A DNA stretch of 64,000 nt, from the NCBI RefSeq assembly GCF_009914755.1, contig NC_060947.1. One strand, given 5' to 3'. This DNA is from the human T2T-CHM13v2.0 reference genome, Homo sapiens. How positions within the stretch are numbered: the first letter of the stretch is position 1; each line of letters opens with the position of its first letter. The notes below the pieces were generated by a model that saw only the letters and a program-made list of their open reading frames with translations, was not told the origin of the DNA and made no database searches. The translations under genes were made by a program, and so were the position numbers. Shown one piece after another: positions 27,592 through 51,587 of this stretch.

Positions 27592-29977
27592 TAGACGTGA
27601 GCCACGGCGTCTGGCCACCAGCGATTTCTTAAATGTCTATACACGCCTGAAACTGAAATAAGGCCGGGAAGTCTCTTGCCCACTTAGCAATTACAGAGAA
27701 GGGATATATGGGTTTATAGTAAATGTGACAAGTAAGTCCAGGGGGCCCTGGGAACACACAGGAGAGGCACAGAACTTGAACCCAGGGTGTCAGGGAAGGA
27801 GTCCTGGGGAAAGTGAGGTCTCAGCTAACATCTGAAGGCTGAACAGGAGTTTGACATATGAATGGGGTGAGGGGATGTGGGAGCTGGGGGCCGGATATCT
27901 GAGGAAACAGTTCAGCTTTATTTCAGCTGGCCGTGTGGCTTTGAGCAAACAAGTCACAAAAATTCTCTCAGATTCCCATTACTAAAATGGGGATAAAAGG
28001 AGCTGCCTCGGCCGGGCGCAGCAGCTCATGCCTTTAATCCCAGCACTTTGGGAGGCCGAGGCGGGCAGATCAGGAGGTGAGGAGTTCGAGACCAGCCTGG
28101 CTAACATGGTGAAACCCTGTCTCTACTAAAAATACAAAAACTTAGCTGGGCATAGTGCCGGGTGCCTGTAATCCCAGCTACTCAGGAGGCTGAGGCAGGA
28201 GAACTGCTTGAACCCAGGAGGCGGAGTTTACAGTGAGCCGAGATCGCGCCACTGCACTCCAGCCTGGGCGACAGTGTGAGACTCCGTGTCAAAAAAAAAA
28301 AAAAAGAAAGAAAAGAAAAAGAAAAAGAAAAAGAAAAGGAGCTTCCTCGTGCATCCGTTGTGAGGGTTAAATGAGATCATGTGGGCCAAGTGCCTGGCAT
28401 ATAGTAGATGCTCAATGGACATCTGATGGCATAGGGGCGCCTCAGCAATCCCTCAGCATGACACCCTGTATTAAAGCCAGGTAGATCTCTTGTGTTTTGC
28501 CAAAGATCCATTTTGAGATCCTATTCACCTTGGCTCTCAAGCTGAGAGTAGACTAAGAAGGCCTCAAGTGTTCAGCTAGTGATGACAGCTGAGCAAACCA
28601 ATAGGTAGTTACTGCACACGCCAGGCCATCAGATGCCAAAAAATTTTGTTTTGCAAATTATATAGACCAAAAGGGAAATTGAGCCTGAAAGTTCCAGTGT
28701 GTGGATGCGAGAACACACTAAAGAAATCTCTACCTGAAGCCTGGGGAAGGGGCTGCTGATGGTGCTCTTCTCACATCATACTCAGCTCCTGCCACCATTA
28801 GCAGCTTCATCTTCCTTTTAAAAATTTTTATTGAAAATAGAGACAAGGTCTCACTATGTTGCCCGGGCTGCTCTTGAACTCCTGGGCTCAAGTGAGCCTC
28901 CTGCCTCGGCCTCCCAAAGTGCTGGGATTACAGACATGAGCCATGTCAGCAGCCATGTTCTAAGCTAGCAGCTTCATGTTCTAAGAGGGCAGATTTCAAG
29001 TTTAGGATCCTGAATTTCTCTGTATGGAAGTGAGCAGATCACACCTTCTCAAGCAGGGAAATGCTCAGCTCTGCCAAAAAGAGAAACAAGTTATTGAGAC
29101 TGAGAAATCCGACATTTTTGGTGAGTTAGCTGAGTTTGCAAACAGTAAACTGTGTTTTCAAAGACATAATGCTGTAGCAATATCTTCAGAATAAAATCAG
29201 GTAATGTAATTGATCCTAAATTTGTTATTTTGGAGCCAAGTAATCAATAGCTGCCTGGTGACCTGGGCATCTTCCTTCTAGATCATGGCTCTGTGAGGAC
29301 AGCAGCTCTGCCCATGTTGTTCACCACAGGGCTGAACACCGTGCCACATACTTGGCATTCAAAATTGTTTTTTCTCCAACCTGGGCGACAGAGTGAGACC
29401 CCGTCTCTAACAAAAAAAGAAAAAAAAATTTTGTTGAATGAGTGAATTTTGATTAGATAGATCTAATACATTGTATAACGTTCATAAGTGTTTCTCTCCT
29501 AAGTCCAATCCTGAATTCTTGTGTAATAATAACCTCATTGAATTATTTTAGCAGAATAATTAGATATCAAGGATGGGTGTGTCGGCTACCAAATCACTCC
29601 ATCATATTAGACTTCTCTCTTTGAGAACCCTGACATGGCTCCATGATCCATAGGAACACACGTGTCTGTGTGTGTATGCATATAATGTACACACATCTGT
29701 TTGTCCGAACAACGGCCATATAAAGATTGTGTAACTGTCAAGAGCCTTTCCAGCTCATTAGATGGGTTCCTGGACATCTCTTAACTCTGTGGTTCAGCTT
29801 TCCCCCTGCAAAGTGGAGATGTATTTCAGTTTCCTATTTCAGTGAAAGTTTAGAAGAATTATCGTGACATCATTTTCCTGAATGACAAATGTCCACTTAG
29901 CTGCAGGGAATTCCTTCTAGGAAACTGAAGATCAAAAATTGAAAATTTATATTACAAAGCAATATTAAGATGTACGC

Positions 29978-36204
<6,227 letters not shown>

Positions 36205-36649
36205 TAATGCTTGTAATATATACTTCTATTTCAACTTACATAAACATGAAATGTAAAAATTTCAATCTGTAAAGAGGTAAGTGGCTACCTCACCTACGAT
36301 GTGGTAAATAAGACGTGTCAACGCAGCCATCCTGCCCCAGCCGACCAGACCTTAATGCTCCAAAACCATCCGTTTGCGCCTGGAAAACTGAGGAAAGTGT
36401 TTATTCCCTTACACACGCTTCGCCAAAGGCCCTGGCACGTAGGGCTTTTTCACTGCTGCGAACGTTAGACCGGCCTGTGATAAGGAGTACAATTAATCTA
36501 ACTTTGGTATACTATATCCAGAGACCACAGGGGGCTCGCTCTGCGATTTATGGTGCGAGGAGGACCAGACACCCCCTGTGCCCGTCCTACTCCTGCAGAT
36601 CAAACTCACAGCCACACTTTTCGGAATGAGAAACTGGACAGTAAATGAA

Positions 36650-37500
36650 CGCAAGAACCATGGTGCCCAGGCAGAGAACCCCGCTGGGTTTGCTACGAAG
36701 GTTGCGGTGGAGGCGCCCAGTGCACCAGGCGCCAAGGCCCGGTATGTGACCTCACTAACCTCCGCCAGCGCGCACCCTGTCCTGCCCCTTCTCGGGCCAA
36801 CAACCCCACACGACGCAGCGGTGTGAGAACCAGCAACCGGAACCGCAAAAGCACGGCTTTCCCGGAGCCCGGGCTCTGGACTGGCACCCACTGCGCATGC
36901 TCCAGAGCGGCGACCAATGGGAGCCCGGCGCGCAGGGACGGAGGCGGGCCCGGGCCGCTACCGAGAAGCACAGGGACCCGACTTCAGTCATCGACCAATC
37001 AGAGCTCACAGCCCCCCACACCCCCTCCCCCCCGGCCCTGAGCCAATTGCCAGCTCGTGTGCGGGAGGGCCGGGTCAAGACTAAGTCAAAGGAGGAGAGG
37101 GCAACGCGGTGGGCAGGAGAGAGGCCAACGGCCGCCCGGGGCGAGGGGAGCCGGTAGGACGGGACCAGGACTGGCCGACCCGGCCCCGCGCGGGGAAGGG
37201 GGCGCCTTCCTCCCACAACACAAAACGGTGCGCCCGGGTTGGCCGCCCCTCCCCAGTGGTGCGGCCCCGGGTGGACGCTTCCGTGCGCGCGTCCATGCCC
37301 AGCCATTGCGGGCTGCGGGCTCCAAGGGTCGCACACGCTGGAGAGTGCAGGTTGCCGGGTCCACCCACAGGGCTGTAGACACCCCTAGGGTCACACAGAC
37401 AAGGCTCTGGACACCCACAGGGGCACACACATTGGGGAGTGGGCACTCCTGGGCTCACAAAGACTGAGGCGCAGGAAGGTAGGGCGCGCCCGCCCAGAGG
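36650..37500. promoter_or_regulatory. CpG island; probable distal/alternative WAS promoter, likely bidirectional
   Basis: CpG-dense non-repeat DNA; NRF1-like TGCGCATGC 36892-36900, CCAAT at 36914, 36995 and 37043, GC boxes. An upstream alternative WAS promoter several kb 5' of exon 1 is known from the literature. Confidence 0.75.
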
Positions 37501-39808
37501 GAGTTGGTGGTGGCTGAGGGTGAGGGCAAGGTAGGGACTGGGAGGAGACTTCTGGTTCCCTGGTTGGTCCTGGTGGGGCCTGACTGGGCCAGGGTTTTCC
37601 TGTGCAGGTGCGGGGAGTAGGGCGGGGTCTCTGGTTGGCGGGGAGGGCTCCAGGAGCCTGTCCCAGCCCTGGGGGTGTCTGGCTGAGCCCCACAGAAGGG
37701 AACTCTGAGATGGGCTTTGCAGCAGGGGAAAGAAAAGGGAGGTCGCGCATACTGGCTTCCTGACCATCCACCAATGGTGGTGGAACCTGGAAGCCTGAGG
37801 GAGGAAGGTGAGGAGGCGCTTGAGGGAGGGGGGAATCTAGGCGTCAGGGATGATAGTTCATTGATCCAAGTTACTCAGCTATTTCATAGAAACGGCAACA
37901 GTAATGAATAATTATAACACGTGCCAAGCTCTCCTGATCACTTTACACAAATCATCTCACTGCATCTTCACAACAACCTTAACTACTATTATCATCTTCG
38001 CGTTCTGGATGAGAGACCTGAGGCCCTGTAGAGGTTACCAGAAGGCACACAGCTGAGAAGCGCCAGGGCCAGGGCAAGGGTCAGGCTGTGCACTCTGGAC
38101 TCTGTGTTCTGACCACTGCGTCATTGACTCTACAGATGTCTCTGCTTTCTGTGCTCACCCTGTCCTCATTCCGCCCCCGGCAGGACAGAGGGCCCCTGAA
38201 GCATCCATTTGCCCACAGCGTCAGTGAACTGTGTAGAACTCTCTGTGCAAGGGAGCTGGCCCCTGCGCACCCTGAGTCGTTTTTCTTCCCTGGCTCCCCA
38301 CGCAGGGGCAGTGAACAGAGGAGAGGGAAGCCTTGTTGGAAGAGGGCAGTAAATCACAGCATAGCTATCCAGACTGCAATTATTTACTTAGTGCATTCAG
38401 GGTCTTGTGCTAGGTGGTGGGGATACCGCACTGAACCAGACAGACAAGGGTCCTGTTCCTGCCTGCCCTCGGGGTGTGTTTTGGGAATTCCTCCTTGAGG
38501 GTGCTTTGGCATTGAATGGGCAGAGGTCTGGTGCTGGGGGGCTGTCCCACACCAGCAAGACTTGTAATGTACATGAATGTGAATGTCATTTCAGGATAGT
38601 AAAAGGAGGCCTCCAAAAATGTTTCTTATTAAAAGGGAGCATTGGGTCTGAGGGTTGGGAAATGATATTTCCTTAGGTCAGGCCTGTCCCAGGAAGCAAC
38701 CCTCAGTCAGGGATACGGAGGACCATGAAGATAGTACGGTGAGGGGAGGAGGAAGATACAGCAACGTAAATTTTGCCATCTTGGCCTCAGTTTGGTTTTA
38801 AAGGACAGCAGTTGGACCCTCCCCATGCCTAGGTCTCCTGCATGGATTCAGTCAGTGGTGGCCCAGGTGTGGAAGACACCCCCCATGTCTTATTACCTAC
38901 TCTGGGCTTGGGGTGTGGTGATCAGGACCTTGTAGTCAATATCTTCCCAACAAGAAGCAAAATAAGAACAAGATATAAACAGGAGGTGATTCATCTGGTG
39001 CCCCTAGGGGTTGGAGGGGAAGGTGATGGGGTCCATCCTGGTTCTTGGGGGTTCCTGGTGTTTGCTGTATTACTGTGAAGTAAATTAACACTTCTGCTGT
39101 GTGAACTGGCTTGCATTAGACCAACTCTCCTGCTGAGAGCAACCAGAAAAGCTGGATTAAAGTTCCTGTTTTTGTTTTTGAGTCTATTTGAAGGCCCAGG
39201 AGAGCAAATTATCTTTGAGGTCATCACCTCACCAAGTACTGGCATCCAGTGCAGAACAGCAAGAGTTGATGAGAACATCAGACTAGAAGAACGGAGTGAA
39301 AAAAATTTAAATTTTTTTTAAAAAGAGTTTGTGGATACATATAAACGTAATAAACCAGCTCCAAATTATTGATGCCAGTCAATGGAGTAATCAAAAAATA
39401 TGAATATGAAAAGTGATACTAAAATGATTAGTAAATCACTATAGTCTATAATGGGAAAACTCATTCTATTAGGGACTAAAATAACAAAAATGTGCTTTAA
39501 GTTTTTCTTTCTTTTTTTTTTTTCAAGAGCCGACGTCTTGTTCTGTTGCCCAGGCTAGAGTGCACTGAGGCAATCACAGCTCACTGCAGCCTCGATTTCC
39601 TAGGCTCAAGCAATCATCCCGCCTCAGCCTCCCCGACTACAGGCATATGCCACCACACCCAGCTAATTTTTAAAAAACTTTTTGTAGAGATGGGGTTTTG
39701 CTATGTTGCCCAGGCTGGTCTCAAACTCCTGGGCTCAAGCGATCCACCTATCTTGGCCTCCCAAAATGCTGGATTACAGGGGTGAGCCACCACGCCCAGC
39801 CTGCTTCA

Positions 39809-39839
<31 letters not shown>

Positions 39840-39920
39840 AGAGAAAAATATACATTTTACACTTGTCTGCTACTTAGAAATAAGAACAGGAAATATACAA
39901 CTTTAAAAAATTCATTCTCA

Positions 39921-40235
<315 letters not shown>

Positions 40236-40297
40236 CTAGGCAGCAGAGTGAGACTTTGTCTCAAAAATAAATAAATAGTTAAATAAAACAACCAGCA

Positions 40298-41369
40298 GCT
40301 GCTCTGCCTATGGAGTAGTCATTTTTTATTCCTTTACTTTCTTAATACATTTGCTTTCACTTTATTCTATGGACTTGCTCCGAATTCTTTCTTGTGTGAG
40401 ATCCAAAAACCCTCTCTTGGGTCTGGATCAGGACCCCTTTCCGGTAACATCTTCCTGGTGAACCACGAAGGGATGATACTGAGGAGACCCTCGACCCAAA
40501 GGAAAAAGACTGCAGCACTGATTGGCCAACTTTGGACTGACCCTGCTTATTCCTGTGAACCAATCAGTGACCTGTGACGGCTCCTCAGAAGAAACAAGAG
40601 GGATGGACAACACCTTTTGTTGGAGCTCAGTTATGAGTGGCTCAGTTATGACTGAGCTCCCTTCTACCCTGAATACAAGAGACCCTAATAGGCAGGAATA
40701 TCATCGCCCCTATTCCTCCTGAAGAAGTTACAGAAGATGAATCTTCCTCCCTCTAAACCGTTAGGATTAAGGGTTTCCTTGTAAAAGGGAAGGGCAAATA
40801 TGTCAGAGGCGTTTGAACCAGAGTGATTCTATCTTGAATAGGGGCTGGGTAAAATAAGGCTGAGACCTACTGGGCTGCTCCTGGGCTACTCCCAGGAGGT
40901 TAGGCATTCTAAGTCACAGGATGAGATAGGAGGTCAGCACAAGATACAGGTCACAAAGATCTTGCTGATAAAACAGGTTGCAGTAAAGAAGCTGGCTAAA
41001 AGCCACCAAAACCAAGACAGCAATGAAAGTAACCTCTGGTCTTCCTAACTGCTCATTATACACTAATTATGATGCACTAGCATGCTAAGAGACACTTCCA
41101 CCAGCGCCATGACAGTGCCATGGCAACATCAAGAAGTCACCCCACATGGTCTAAAAAGGGGAAGAACCTTCAGTTCCCGGAATTGCCCACCCCTTTCCTG
41201 GAAAACTCATGAATAATCCACCCCTTGTTTAGCATATAATTAAGAAATAACTGTAAGTATCCTTAGTCCAGCAGCCCAAGCTGCTGCTCTGCCTATGGAG
41301 TAGCCATTCTTTATTCCTTTACTTTCTTAATAAACTTGCTTTCACATTAAAAACAACAACAACAACACC
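40298..41369 (+). mobile_element. MER41 (ERV1) processed retrocopy: R-U5-leader/3' internal-U3-R-A tail
   Basis: LTR 3' part 40298-40449, PBS-like 40456, PPT 40783-40800, LTR from TGTCAGAGGCG 40801 ending just after AATAAA 41329; TSD AACAACCAGCA. Confidence 0.85.
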
Positions 41370-41668
41370 AACAACCAGCAAATATATCAGAGGCTTAGCA
41401 TCCCCTATTCAAGGGGACAGTTCTGGAGGCCGAGAAAGAAGTAGAAAGGTGGAGAATAAAAGACACAAAGGAGCAGAAGAATTTTATCTTGGCCTCCATG
41501 TGGCACCTCACAGCTTGGGAACAACAATTTCTCTCATAATTTTCCTCAGCTCCACCACTCACAAGCTGTGTGACCTCGGGCAAGGCACCCAAGCTCCTCT
41601 GGGCCTCAGCTTCCCAGTCAGTACAATGGGGTAACAGTAGTGCTTACGTTTTTTGTGTTTTTTTTTGA

Positions 41669-41773
<105 letters not shown>

Positions 41774-43210
41774 TGAGTAGCTGGGATTACAGGTGTGCAC
41801 CACCACACCAGGGTAATTTTTGTATTTTTAGTAGAGACGGGGTTTCATCATGTTGGTCAGGCTGGTCTCGAACTCCTGACCTCGTGATCTGGCTGCCTCG
41901 GCCTCCCAAAGTGCTGGGATTACAGGCGTAAGCCACCGCACCCGGCCAGTAGTGCTTACTTTGTGGGGTCATCTGTGAATGTGAAATGAGTTAATAAATG
42001 GAAAGCACTTAGAAAAGCCTCTGGAACCACTGAATCAAATTGGATATCATTACTGAACCTTCATTCAATGCTTCAATACCCATTTAGTGTCATCTGTCCA
42101 AATGCTGGAGATACGCCTAGCACACACTGACTGCTCAGTGAGCAGTGTCACAATGAACACGTGCAATGGCCTTGAAGGCCACATCGGGGCTTGCCCTGAT
42201 CAGCAGGTTGGAGGTGCTCCAGGCCCGAAGCTTAGCTGTGAGTGGGGACACGGGAGGGAGGTTGGAACTGCCACTGCAGAAGGGGTTCTGAACCTAGGTT
42301 CAGGAGAGAGGCTTTGAACCTGCACGTGTGGGAAGCCATGGAAGTTTCCAGGAAGGACTGCAGGTCCCAACTGGAGATGTGCCGTTCCTCCTTCAGGTAC
42401 CTGGGAATGTCAGTCACACCCCAGACCTGCTCAGCTCCCCCAAACTGCTGTTCCTGTATCTGAGAGCTTCAAGTCTCCAAATGGCCTACCTCATACATGG
42501 GGAAACTGAGGCCTGGGGAGGCCGGGGACTGAGCTAGCATTCACTTGTGGAAATAGTCTGGCATCATCTGGAGAAGTTAGAGACATGCAAACCCTACAGC
42601 CCTCAGATTCCCGTCTGAGAGTCTGCATGCCTATGTGGACCAGGAGATGTGTGCGGGAGTGAACACTGCAGTGTTGCTCCCAACAGCAAGAACCAGAAGC
42701 AGCCCAAAGGGCTGTTACAGGAGAATATGGACACCCAGGCTGCACATGCACACCATGGAATGCTGTATGGCAGTGGAAATAAATGAACAGCTACCACTAT
42801 AGGCAAACAGGAATCACAGCAACAGCCAAGAGTGAAGGCGTGGAGGGACGAGACCATGCACTCACACCTGGCCTGCCTGGCTCGCACTCCGGGCAAAGGG
42901 GTCAGAACAGTGACTGGCACACACGTTAAGTGCTATGTGAGTGTTAAGATAAAACTAGGATGTCCAGTGGGGAGAAAGCAAGCCTTTGAAGATTATGTGC
43001 TTTTACAAACTTCAAGTGCAATGAAAACTAAACAAGATGTTGTTCAGGCATTCATATATGATATAAAGTTCCTTTCTTTAAAAAAGGGATGGGCTGGGCA
43101 CGGTGGCTCACGCCTGTAATTCTAATACTTTGGGAGGCCGAGGCAGGTGGATCACGAGGTCGAGAAATCGAGACCATCCTGGCCAACATGGTGAAACCCT
43201 GTCTCTACTA

Positions 43211-43486
<276 letters not shown>

Positions 43487-43579
43487 CTAAGCACTCACGA
43501 TAGGCGTGGATCACAGGGGCTCGCTCTGTAATTAAAAGGAAAAGGGTTTTTGTTGTGTTGTTGTTGTTGCTGTTTTTGA

Positions 43580-43687
<108 letters not shown>

Positions 43688-44149
43688 TGAGCAGCTAGGA
43701 CTACAGGTGTGTGCCACCATGCCTGGCTAATTTTTGTATTTTTTAGTGGAAATGGGGTTTTGCCATGTTGCCCAGGCTCGTCTTGAACTCCTGACCTCAA
43801 GTGATCCACTCGTCTCGGCCTCCCAAAGTGCTGGGATTACAGGTGTGAGCTATTGTCCCCAGCCAAAAGGAAAAGTTTTACTGTAGTAACCCTTCCGGAC
43901 TAGGGACCTCGGGCCTCAGCCTCAGGCTACCTAGGTGCTTTAGAAAGGAGGCCACCCAGGCCCATGACTACTCCTTGCCACAGGGAGCCCTGCACACAGA
44001 TGTGCTAAGCTCTCGCTGCCAGCCAGAGGGAGGAGGGTCTGAGCCAGTCAGAAGGAGATGGGCCCCAGAGAGTAAGAAAGGGGGAGGAGGACCCAAGCTG
44101 ATCCAAAAGGTGGGTCTAAGCAGTCAAGTGGAGGAGGGTTCCAATCTGA

Positions 44150-44668
<519 letters not shown>

Positions 44669-44680
44669 TGACTGTCATGA

Positions 44681-45163
<483 letters not shown>

Positions 45164-46025
45164 TAAATGAGCACTGTATTTGTACCTGAACCTCAAATCT
45201 ATTCTAAACTCAACATTTTGCATCCCAGGAATCTCTCATCAAAACTCCTGAACCCCAGATGTTTGCCAAGCTCCTAAGTCATAAATCTGTTCAACAAACC
45301 CCAAAGTTGAATATTCCATTGATCCTTGAACTCCAAATCTGTCCTTCTAAATCCACAGCACAGACCCCAGAGTTCCCATATTAAAATTCCTGAACACTCA
45401 AATACCGAGGTAGTTCTTAAGCAAAAAGTCTTTTCCACAATCCCCTGACCTGAACTTTCTAGGTTTAAGCCCCAAATTCATCCTTTTAAACCCATAAAGA
45501 TGGACCCAGCATAACTTCCAGATCCCAAGGCTATCAAATATCCACCAAACTCCTAAACCATAACTCTCTCCACAAACCCCAAATTGCACTTACTTTAGCT
45601 GGACTCCCCGCGAAACTCCCAAGTCTATGTGTCTGAACTTCAAATCTCAACTCCAACCCCCAAATACTAGAATCCTACCTGTCATGAATTGGGGCTGGGG
45701 TGGTGGGGGAGGGCATGGATTGAATCTGTGAATGAGCCTCAACTTCCTAAGACTAGAGTCCTAAATTATGAAATTCAAGCCCCCAAGTCCCAGATCTAGG
45801 GCCCCAAACCCCAAATCCAAACCTCTCACAAAAGTGTATGGCTCCCAGACTATACCCCACAATCCACACCCTTAGACACCAACTCTCTGGTGCTGAGCTG
45901 AAAATCTCCAAACCAGACTATGAGGCTCCCAAATCCAGACACCCTGCTCCCTGCCCAGCTAACAAAAGCCTGCCACCCCCGGCGTGCCTCAGTGCCACTG
46001 TGCCTCCCACCCTACACCTCTCCAG

Positions 46026-46112
46026 GCTGGTCGGCTGCTCTGGGAACAGGAGCTGTACTCACAGCTTGTCTACTCCACCCCCACCCCCTTCTTCCACACC
46101 TTCGCTGGAGAT
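46026..46112 (+). CDS. WAS: WASP exon 3
   Basis: AGRLLWEQELYSQLVYSTPTPFFHTFAGD; ccag acceptor, GTAAGT donor. Confidence 0.99.
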
Positions 46113-46116
46113 GTAA

Positions 46117-46466
<350 letters not shown>

Positions 46467-46559
46467 GTGAGTCCTCTAGTGCAAGTAGGGGTAATAAGGG
46501 GCTAGCCCAGGAACCTGTGGCAGGGCTGTGATAACTCTCTACACATTCCATCTTCCCAG

Positions 46560-46613
46560 AGAGAAGAGGAGGGCTCCCACCCCTGCCCCTGCATCCAGGT
46601 GGAGACCAAGGAG
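46560..46613 (+). CDS. WAS: WASP exon 6
   Basis: (E)RRGGLPPLPLHPGGDQG; donor GTGCGT. Confidence 0.98.
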
Positions 46614-47234
46614 GTGCGTGCTGATTCTTCCCTGTGTCTCTGGATGGATGGGTAAGAGTGGATGGAGGAATGAGGAGTTGGATGGGTGCGTAAGTGGGTG
46701 AATGGATAGGTAGATTGATAGGTATGTGGATGGACGAGCAGGTGCATGGATGTGTGGACTGATGGATGGGTGGATGGATTGGCGGTAGATGGCTGAGTAG
46801 AGGGATGAATTGATGGGAGGATGAAAGTCTAAGTAGATAGATGCATAGGTGAATGGGTATGTGGATAAATGAATGAAAAGGTAGATGGATGACTGAGTAA
46901 ATTAATCAATGAGTGAATGAATGAACAGTGAATAAATGACTAAATGACAAGTTTCAGTCAGTGAAGAAAGCATGATTGAATGAATAAATGAGTAAATGAA
47001 TATTTTAACAAATTCATTAGTCAATGAGCCAGTGAATGATAAAGCATGAGGGAATGAAAACATGAATGAATCAGTGAATGTATGAATGGTTTGTGGGATC
47101 CACCCACTTCTCCATAGACCCTACTTGAACCCTTCACCCACTACCTCCATGACCATCCAACACACACACAGATTTCCCTCAAGGCTTCCGTTTCTTGCCC
47201 CTGTGCTTTGGTTGGTTGGTAAGTGGGTCAATGA

Positions 47235-47435
<201 letters not shown>

Positions 47436-47580
47436 TGAGAGCCACTCCCCAGTGGACCCACAGATTCCTGGGGGCAGAGGGGCACATGAACAAGTGGACA
47501 GCTGAGTGAATGGAAGGATGGGCAGATGGGCAGATGGCTGGGTGGCTGAGTGGGTAAATGGGTGGTTGGATAGGTAGGTG

Positions 47581-47744
47581 CAGGGCTGGGTCTAGGGAGA
47601 GGTAAATAAGGCACCAAGGGTACAAAATTTAAGGAGGCACTCACTCTCAGAGGCATGCAACTGTAATTCCTGACTCTCAGAGTGAGTGACTCACTTAAAT
47701 TTTGCACCCTAGGCACCTTACTTGCCTCACCCTGGGCCCACTCT
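47581..47744. mobile_element. MER96-like hAT MITE (hairpin) in WAS intron 7
   Basis: Imperfect inverted arms cagggctgggtctagggagagg...aaaattt / aaattttgcacc...cctcaccctgggcccactctg. Confidence 0.6.
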
Positions 47745-48532
47745 GGGTGGGCTGTTAGGAGAGCAGGTGGGTGGGCAGGTGAACAAATGGATAGATAGAT
47801 GAGGTAGATGATGGATGAGAAGGGCTGGTGGGTAGGTGGGTGAGTGGATGGGTGGATGGATGGATAAATGAATGGATGAATGAATGGGTTGAAGAATGAA
47901 TGGATAAGTGGTTGGATGGACAAGTTTATGGGTGGATGGGTTGATGGGAGGTGCGTGGATAGATAGATGGGTGAGTGGATAGGTGTGTGGACAGATTGAT
48001 ATGCAGGCTGATTGGCTCACAGACAAGGTGGATGGGGATGGACAGGTGGACAGATACGTGGATGAATGGACAGTTCAATGGATAAGTGAACAGAAGTGTG
48101 TGGTTGCATGGGTAGAAAAATGAGTGGATGGATAGATGGAAAGGTGGGCACATGGGTAGGTGGATGGGTGGATGGACAAGTGTGTGTGAGGACAGACTGG
48201 TGGACAAATGGGTGAACAGACATATGTGGGCAGATAGTTGCAGAGACAGATGTATGGACAGATCAGTAGTCCAACAGATGAATGTGAATGAATAGGTGGA
48301 CAAATGCATGGGATAGATGGGGAAAGAGGGATGGGTGGATGGATCAGCACCACAAACTATGGAGCCCTTCTAATTCCATAACTCCTGCCTATACTCATTC
48401 ACTCATTCAGTCTCATTCATTAATTCTGGCCCCTCAGAGTCTCTTTGGGCAGGAGAGGGCAAGAGGGTTTCACTATGAAGGGAGGGAAGGAAGGGCAGTG
48501 AGGATTCACTGGAGTCTCTTCACCTCTCCCAG

Positions 48533-48575
48533 GCATGTCAGCCACGTGGGGTGGGACCCCCAGAATGGATTTGAC
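48533..48575 (+). CDS. WAS: WASP exon 8 (CRIB)
   Basis: (K)HVSHVGWDPQNGFD; donor GTGAGT. Confidence 0.99.
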
Positions 48576-48583
48576 GTGAGTAA

Positions 48584-49599
<1,016 letters not shown>

Positions 49600-49768
49600 T
49601 AAGTCAGGATACTGGGGGGCTGAGGCCAGGACTGAGGAGAGTGCCAGGCCTTAGGGATTCAGTGATAGGGTTGAAAGGTTGGTGGGAAGCCTTGAAGGGG
49701 ACTGGAGTGTGTGGGAGAGAAAATATTGATGGAGGGGCGGGGAGAAATGCTCCTTTCCCAGGCCCTAA

Positions 49769-50017
<249 letters not shown>

Positions 50018-50080
50018 TGACAGCATTAACATGAATCTTGTGTCAGCCTCGTTTTTGACAATGTTAACATTAAGTCATTA

Positions 50081-50335
<255 letters not shown>

Positions 50336-50338
50336 TCA

Positions 50339-50560
<222 letters not shown>

Positions 50561-50598
50561 TTAACAGATTTACATTAATTCATTATGACGTAACCTAA

Positions 50599-50946
<348 letters not shown>

Positions 50947-51035
50947 TAATAATGTTACTATTACTCTCTTAATCTGTCAGCAATACTGTCACTAATCCAT
51001 TATATGATGCAAATATTAGTATCAACCTACTATAG

Positions 51036-51263
<228 letters not shown>

Positions 51264-51587
51264 TAGCGTTAACCAGACAGGAAGCAATAATATATTATCA
51301 CACCTTTGCTAATATTATTTAAATTCACCCTATTATGTGATAAATAGGTTAACATTAACCCTTTGTTTGACAATATCTCGACTAACCACATTTTTGACAG
51401 CATAAACTTCAACTCCAACTAGAACTCAGACCCCAACTATAATCCCTTTCTTGTCCCAAATGGAAACTCTAACTTGCCCTCCTCTAGCATGAGACCTCAG
51501 AACCCCAGGGTCCAGTCCTCACCTCCCAGGCCCTATGAAGCCCCCCACCAACCTCCCAGGGCATCTTATCTTTCTCTTTCCCTCCAG

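Noticed and set aside
36315-37774. Overlapping 100-228 aa ORFs on both strands
   Set aside because: Expected in a GC-rich CpG island with few stops; no recognisable protein
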